Of a stretch of 64,000 bases of DNA, positions 58,885 through 64,000 are shown piece by piece; position 1 is the stretch's first letter, and each line of letters begins with the position of its first letter. Below the pieces are notes generated by a model. That model was given only the letters and a program-made list of their open reading frames with translations. It did no database searches and was not told the origin of the DNA. The stretch lies in the NCBI GenBank assembly GCA_029717555.1, contig JAMDHS010000104.1, positions 1 through 64,000 on the forward strand. The letters run 5' to 3'. This stretch comes from Peribolospora baueri (Eukaryota). The position numbers and the translations under genes are program-made.

Positions 58885-61800
58885 TTAGGAAGAAGAGAGG
58901 TCGGGGATCTGGCCGACGAGGTATTGAGTGAGCTTGAACGACGCGGCGCCTTGGTCTTGAGGGATCATGTGACTGGCGCCGGTGCGGGAAGCCGGCAACG
59001 ACGAGTCGTCCGTCAGCACACACCCCGCTTCTCGTCTCCCAGCAGCACCTTGCCAGCCCGACCGCACCTGCGCCTCCTACCCAAGCAAAGACGAAGGAAG
59101 GAGTGTGAAGAGCGACGGCAAACTCACCCAGCGTTGTCAACCGTGACCCAAGTGAGGCCCCTCTCCTCGTGCCAAGTGCCCTGCCTCCTGCCATTGACGT
59201 TGAACGCGGCGCTGGGCGCGCTCTGGAAGCCCTGTTGGCCGGCCCAGGTCATGTTCTGGATGCCGAGGGCGGAGCCGTTGGGGATGATCACAAAGTCGAG
59301 CAGGCCGTGCTGGTGGACGACGGCCGACGACGGGAAGACGTCAGTCCATCAGCACCTGTCGACGATTTGACAGACGGACTTGGCCCGGAGCGCTCCGCGC
59401 GCAAACTCACCTGAATCATCGCCCTCTTGCTCTTACTGATCACGAAAGGCAATACAGTCTCCGAAGGCGCCTTGGACGTATCGATGCCACCTTTGAAGAC
59501 GTTCCCAATCGAGCATTCGAGCCAGGTGATGTTCGGGTCGGCGTGGATGGCCTCCTTGAAACCGGCCTGATTGTTGAGGAAGTTGTTGGCCGACGGGGTC
59601 TGCGCGTCGCCTGGGAAGCCGAGCGGGTCGGTGGGGGTCGGGCAGTACGAGTTGATCTGTCGCCAGAGGGTTAAAAAAAAAGCGATACGCATGCGATCAA
59701 TTCCTTCCGTCTCTGCGATCGCCAAGCCCGATTCAAAGAGCGCACCAAGTAAGGGTCAAAGCAAGGGTTCGCAGCCTTGACGGCATTGTTGACGTCATAC
59801 CAAAACGAGTGGTTCTTGTCGTACTGCGACGGCAGGAGAATCGGTCCTGCCGGAGGGAACTTGAGGTTCTTCTCCACAAAGTTGGCGATCCCGTTCTTTT
59901 CAGCTTTCGCCTGGAGGTTTGAGATGGTCGAGTCGCTGCAATCGAAGCGGGATATAAAAAGAAGGAAACGGGGGCGTTGAGGATGACGATTGGAGAAAGG
60001 CAAAGACGCAAAAAGCAACAGGTGGACTCGACTCACTTCAGCAAAAGAGTCCCCTGGTGTGCGACGGCAAACTCGACGACGGCGAGCTCCTCTTGGAAGT
60101 AGTCATTGTCGAACGTGGGGTCATTGCTGTCGGGTGCACAAGAAGATGAATCGTGAGCAGAACGTCAGACAGGCAAGGGACCCGACGCAGAGCCCGCAGC
60201 GAGGCAAAGCGACACCCACATCGAAATACCCTGAAGGTTGAAGCCGGCGGCCTGGTTAGACGCCGCATCGCGCTGGTAGATCGCGTTGGCGATATACGGC
60301 ACATAGCTGCCCGCGTAAGACTCGCCTGCATAGGACGCGGTCATTCGAAGTCAGTCAGCGTCCGCCAACCCTCAGTTCGACCGTCGCCTCCAGAATACCA
60401 CCAGGTCAAGGCCGCGGCAGCACGTACCGGTGATCCACAGTTTTACGCCTTTGAGCTCGCTGAAGACTTTGAAGAACTGCTCGAGGAAGCCAAGGAACTC
60501 GCTCGCGACACCGTTCTCGTCGGTGACGTTGGGCTCGCCCTTACTAAAGCCTGCCAGCATGACGGCGGTGGACAGTGAAAAACGACAGAAAAGGACGACG
60601 CAAACGCAAACGGTAGGTAAGACAAAGGGTGAGACACTGCTCATCTGTTGGACGTGCAGAGGAGCAACAACACACCAGTGCCGACAGGCTGCTCGACCCA
60701 GAGGACGTTCGAGATGCTGCGAGGGAAAAAGAGAAAGGGGCGCGAGATATGTAGTCACTTGGTTAGACGGCCCTCAACGTTCAGACCTCCCCTGTATAGC
60801 CACGTCTCCGCTTCACTCTGTTCCTCCGCTCACTTGGTCCAAGAGTACTCATTGACGATCGCAGAGGTCGAGTTGAACGGCAAGAGGAAGGGGCCATTCT
60901 CCTGGAGCTGAACGCCGAAGTGGACCGTCAGCAGACGCCCCCGCAAGAACGCGAGAGCCATATCGCCGCCCCTCACCATGCCTTCGAGAGAGCTGCATCC
61001 GGGGCCGCCGTTGAACCTGGGCGAGAGATAGTTTGGACCCAAGGAAGTAGAGAGACCAGCGAAGGAAGAGTCAGCGATTCGTTCTTGACTAGCCGCAAGC
61101 CCAGTGCGCCCGCCTTTTTCTTGCAATCGCTCTTCCCCCACCTCCTCCCCCAGCGTTACACTTTGATTGAAGCGTGAAGAACAGGCCGCTCACCAGATAA
61201 TAAGATCGTTCTGTCCCTGAGGGACGAGCGAAGGCCAGAACCAGAAGTAGAGCTCGCGCGTCTCATTGGCGTTACCGCTGATAGGGAGGTTACCTGAAGA
61301 AGTACAGACAGACGTCTCGGTCAACGTCAAACATGCGTTGTGAAATACGGCCAGAGATGAAATCTGCTGGACGGGAGAATGGTGACTCACCGGCCCAAGA
61401 CTCAGATACCTCAAAAGGAATTCCGGGGATGGTGGTATTGACGTGGAAGTCTGTACAAAGGGTCACGCATGAGTTTCCATCGCTCGAGATCAGCTCCATA
61501 TGGGCCGGTAAATGATGCTGAATTTCCCCTTCCATGCCATGCGCTCGTTCGACAGACGGTGCTCGGTAAAGGACGTCGCCCACGCTTAGGCCACCTCCTA
61601 TCCCGAGATCGACAACTTCCGCAATCTCCAGGCCTTCTCCGGCGCTGGCCTGCTTTGGGCTCCGCTACTGCGGTCGATAGCTGCTCTCCTTCCAGATACC
61701 AAATGCTCGCAAGCACGTCGGGGACACTCACCAGCCGCCTTGGGGTTGCTAAACTGGATCCAGCTGGCTCCAGTCTTGTTGACCGAGACGGGAGCCTGGG

Positions 61801-61891
61801 AGGAGAGCGAGGGAGCGGCAAGGACGCCTGAGGCGGCAGTGGCAACTAGAGCAAGGCCAGCGGCAAAGGAGAGAGAGGGAAAAGGCACCAT
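58885..61891 (-). CDS. Secreted serine carboxypeptidase (peptidase S10), multi-exon
   Basis: Signal peptide, ESWAG.LPI, LYFWFWP, FNGGPGCSSL, QENGP, WVEQPVGTGFS, GESYAG (catalytic Ser), HGLLD and AG|HMIPQ (catalytic His). Confidence 0.94.
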
Positions 61892-62489
61892 GGGGAGCGG
61901 CGATTCGGGGGGACGGCCCAGAGATGGAAGGCGCGAAGGGGGAAGGGTGTGCGAAGGAGAGGTGGGGGAGGAGGAGGAGGGCGAGGAAGAGGAAGAGGAA
62001 GAAGAATGGACGTCTTGCTTTACTCTCAGACAGAAGTACCCTCTCTGTGTTTCACGCACGCGGCCAGCCGCCCCCGCCGATATCCAACTTGTCTGTGGGC
62101 GCTATCGAGGGTTCATTCGAGGTGGAGCCGCCGCAGCAGAGATAGGGATCTAATCGGACGATGTTGCCGCAGCAGCCGCCAGGTCGATCGCGGTGGGATG
62201 AAAAAACTTAAAATGGAATTCTCTTTCGCTGTCCCGGCGACGGTCGTTCAGCTGCGACTGGTGTCCCTTTTCCCTCGGATCATCATTTGACCTCGTCCAC
62301 CTTCCCCTTGTCATGCCTCGCGAGGTCGCAGCGGAAGTCAAGACCTGCCGGCCCACGCCCTATCCACTCCCATTGGGGAGAAGCGGTGGTAGTGGTAGTG
62401 GTGGTCGTGGGGGTGGTGGGATCATGCGACCGAGAAGAAACGAAATGCGGTCGTCCTCGCAGACCGCCCATGGAGCGCTAACTGCGTCT

Positions 62490-63731
62490 ATGGTTGACGC
62501 GCCTGTGACTGGGGAGCGGAGGCTCAGGACAGGATTCGCCGACTTGCCGGTCGAGGTGAGCCACTAGACGGAGATTGCGTCGTCATGCGGCCCGTCAATC
62601 TCGTAGTTTGACCCCCTCTGATCTCCCTTTCTCCTCCATTGCCCCCTTAAGCTCCTCTACTACATTCACATCCTCTCCCTCTCCCCTTCCTTCCCCTACC
62701 TTACCCGCCACTTGCACTCTGTCTTTCGGCACTCTCCAAAATCTCACCGTGCCGCCTACCTTTTGGGCGCCTATGACGAGCATCTCTCCGCCACCTCGTC
62801 TTTTCCTTCCTCCGCCGCAGTCGTTGCTTCCTTGTCTTCTCTCGATGTCGTGAGCTTTGTTGCGCGCTTTCCCATCTGCGACATCGACGTTCTGCAACGA
62901 GTGACCCGCGTTTGGAAAGAGAAAGCGGCAAGCGCGTTCGTCACAGAAAGCGCGACGATCAGTGGCAGTGGTCGCCGCCACGGTGAGAGGGCCAAAGGCG
63001 GCTTTTTTAAGACGGTCAGGTCTCTGAGCTCCGATTGCGTGGGGGCGGAGGACCGCAGAGAGGATGTGGGAAGGACGGACAAAATGGGAGGAGGAGACAG
63101 CGGTGGCCAGAGCAAAGGCGTGTACGTCTTCCTCCTGCCCAACAGCGAGATCCGTTGCAACGAGCTTCCCAAGCGTCTCTTTCGCCACCTCGGCTCCACC
63201 GCGCTCGTCAAGCCTACCGCCGCAGGCGTGTCGGGGACATCGGACACGTCGACGGACTTTGAGCTCATCCGACACCTCCTCGAGGTCCACTCTGCCTGTC
63301 CCAACTCTCACGACGGTTTCCCGCTCGCCATGGCCGTCCATGCGGATCACGGTGCGTTGACCGATCTCCTCCTGCGACACGGCGCCGATCCGGGTAGGAA
63401 GGAGGCGATGGCCGTCATGGTGGCCATCAAGCGCGCCGATCTAGAGATGGTGCGCAAGTTGTTGGAGCGAGGGGAAGAGAAGGTTGTCCAGCGAAATGGG
63501 GAGTCATCTCGAGTTCCCCCGTCGACGACGACGACCGCGACCGCTTCACCGCCGCCGCACACCTCGCTCAAACGGCGCCGCTTGTCCGACCGACTAACGG
63601 CGACGGCAGCTATGCTCCGAGCGGCGGTGCGGGCGGACGCGAGGGAGATTGCCGAGTACCTCATGACGGAGAAGGCCGTTGTGCCGGACATCAAGACGAT
63701 CAAGCTTCTGGATCGGCGCGGGGCCTGGTGA
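62490..63731 (+). CDS. Ankyrin-repeat protein with N-terminal F-box-like LPVELL motif, 2 exons
   Basis: FADLPVE|LLYYIHILSLSPSFP, then LPKRLFR, PNSHDGFPLAMAV, LLLRHGADP, AVMVAIK..DL.MV.KL and YLM.EKAVVPD. Confidence 0.75.
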
Positions 63732-64000
63732 GGGGGCCATTGGTGGAGGAAGATCGTTTCCGTCTTTCGCATCATCTGTCGCGCGTTTTTCCCTTTCCTT
63801 GCTCGTCACATACATGTACCACCATAGCATCGCATCGCATTCTCAAGACCGTCGTCGTCACTTGCGGAGTGATTCGCTTGTATGCATACTCGTTACTTTC
63901 CTTCCTTGGTTGCAAGATACCCTCGTCTCCTCGTCGCCTCGTCGCATTCCCCCCCCCCTCCACCCCCACCCCACATCCGATTGATTGGTCGATTGATTTA

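Overview
GC-rich, intron-dense fungal DNA. The gene content and an LSU rRNA fragment point to a basidiomycete (inference). The conserved backbone genes are kinesin-3, V-ATPase subunit f (5 short exons), Mn-type CDF transporter, DUF1399/GRDP, DUF4140/DUF4139 (MuiA-like), eIF5B, Ric8, SUR7/PalI, Med8, ER FKBP, Lsm5, Vms1/ANKZF1, ETF-alpha, Nug1/GNL3, an NAD(P)-binding oxidoreductase, S10 carboxypeptidase and an ankyrin protein. Two accessory zones stand out. (1) 15.7-24.3 kb holds decayed phosphatase genes and a mosaic of captured fragments: a cyclophilin piece that keeps its intron, a 235-bp 25S/28S rRNA piece and a gag-like remnant. (2) 31.6-36.4 kb holds a tandem array of tiny stand-alone RanBP2-like zinc-finger genes, 5 intact (47-55 aa) and 2 pseudogenes. 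The intact copies share a 13-aa leader, most have an expanded C-x9-C loop, and the units share an upstream TATA-like motif and a conserved 3'-UTR intron. This array is the best candidate for an undescribed system. All calls come from reading the sequence; no searches were run, and exon boundaries are manual.
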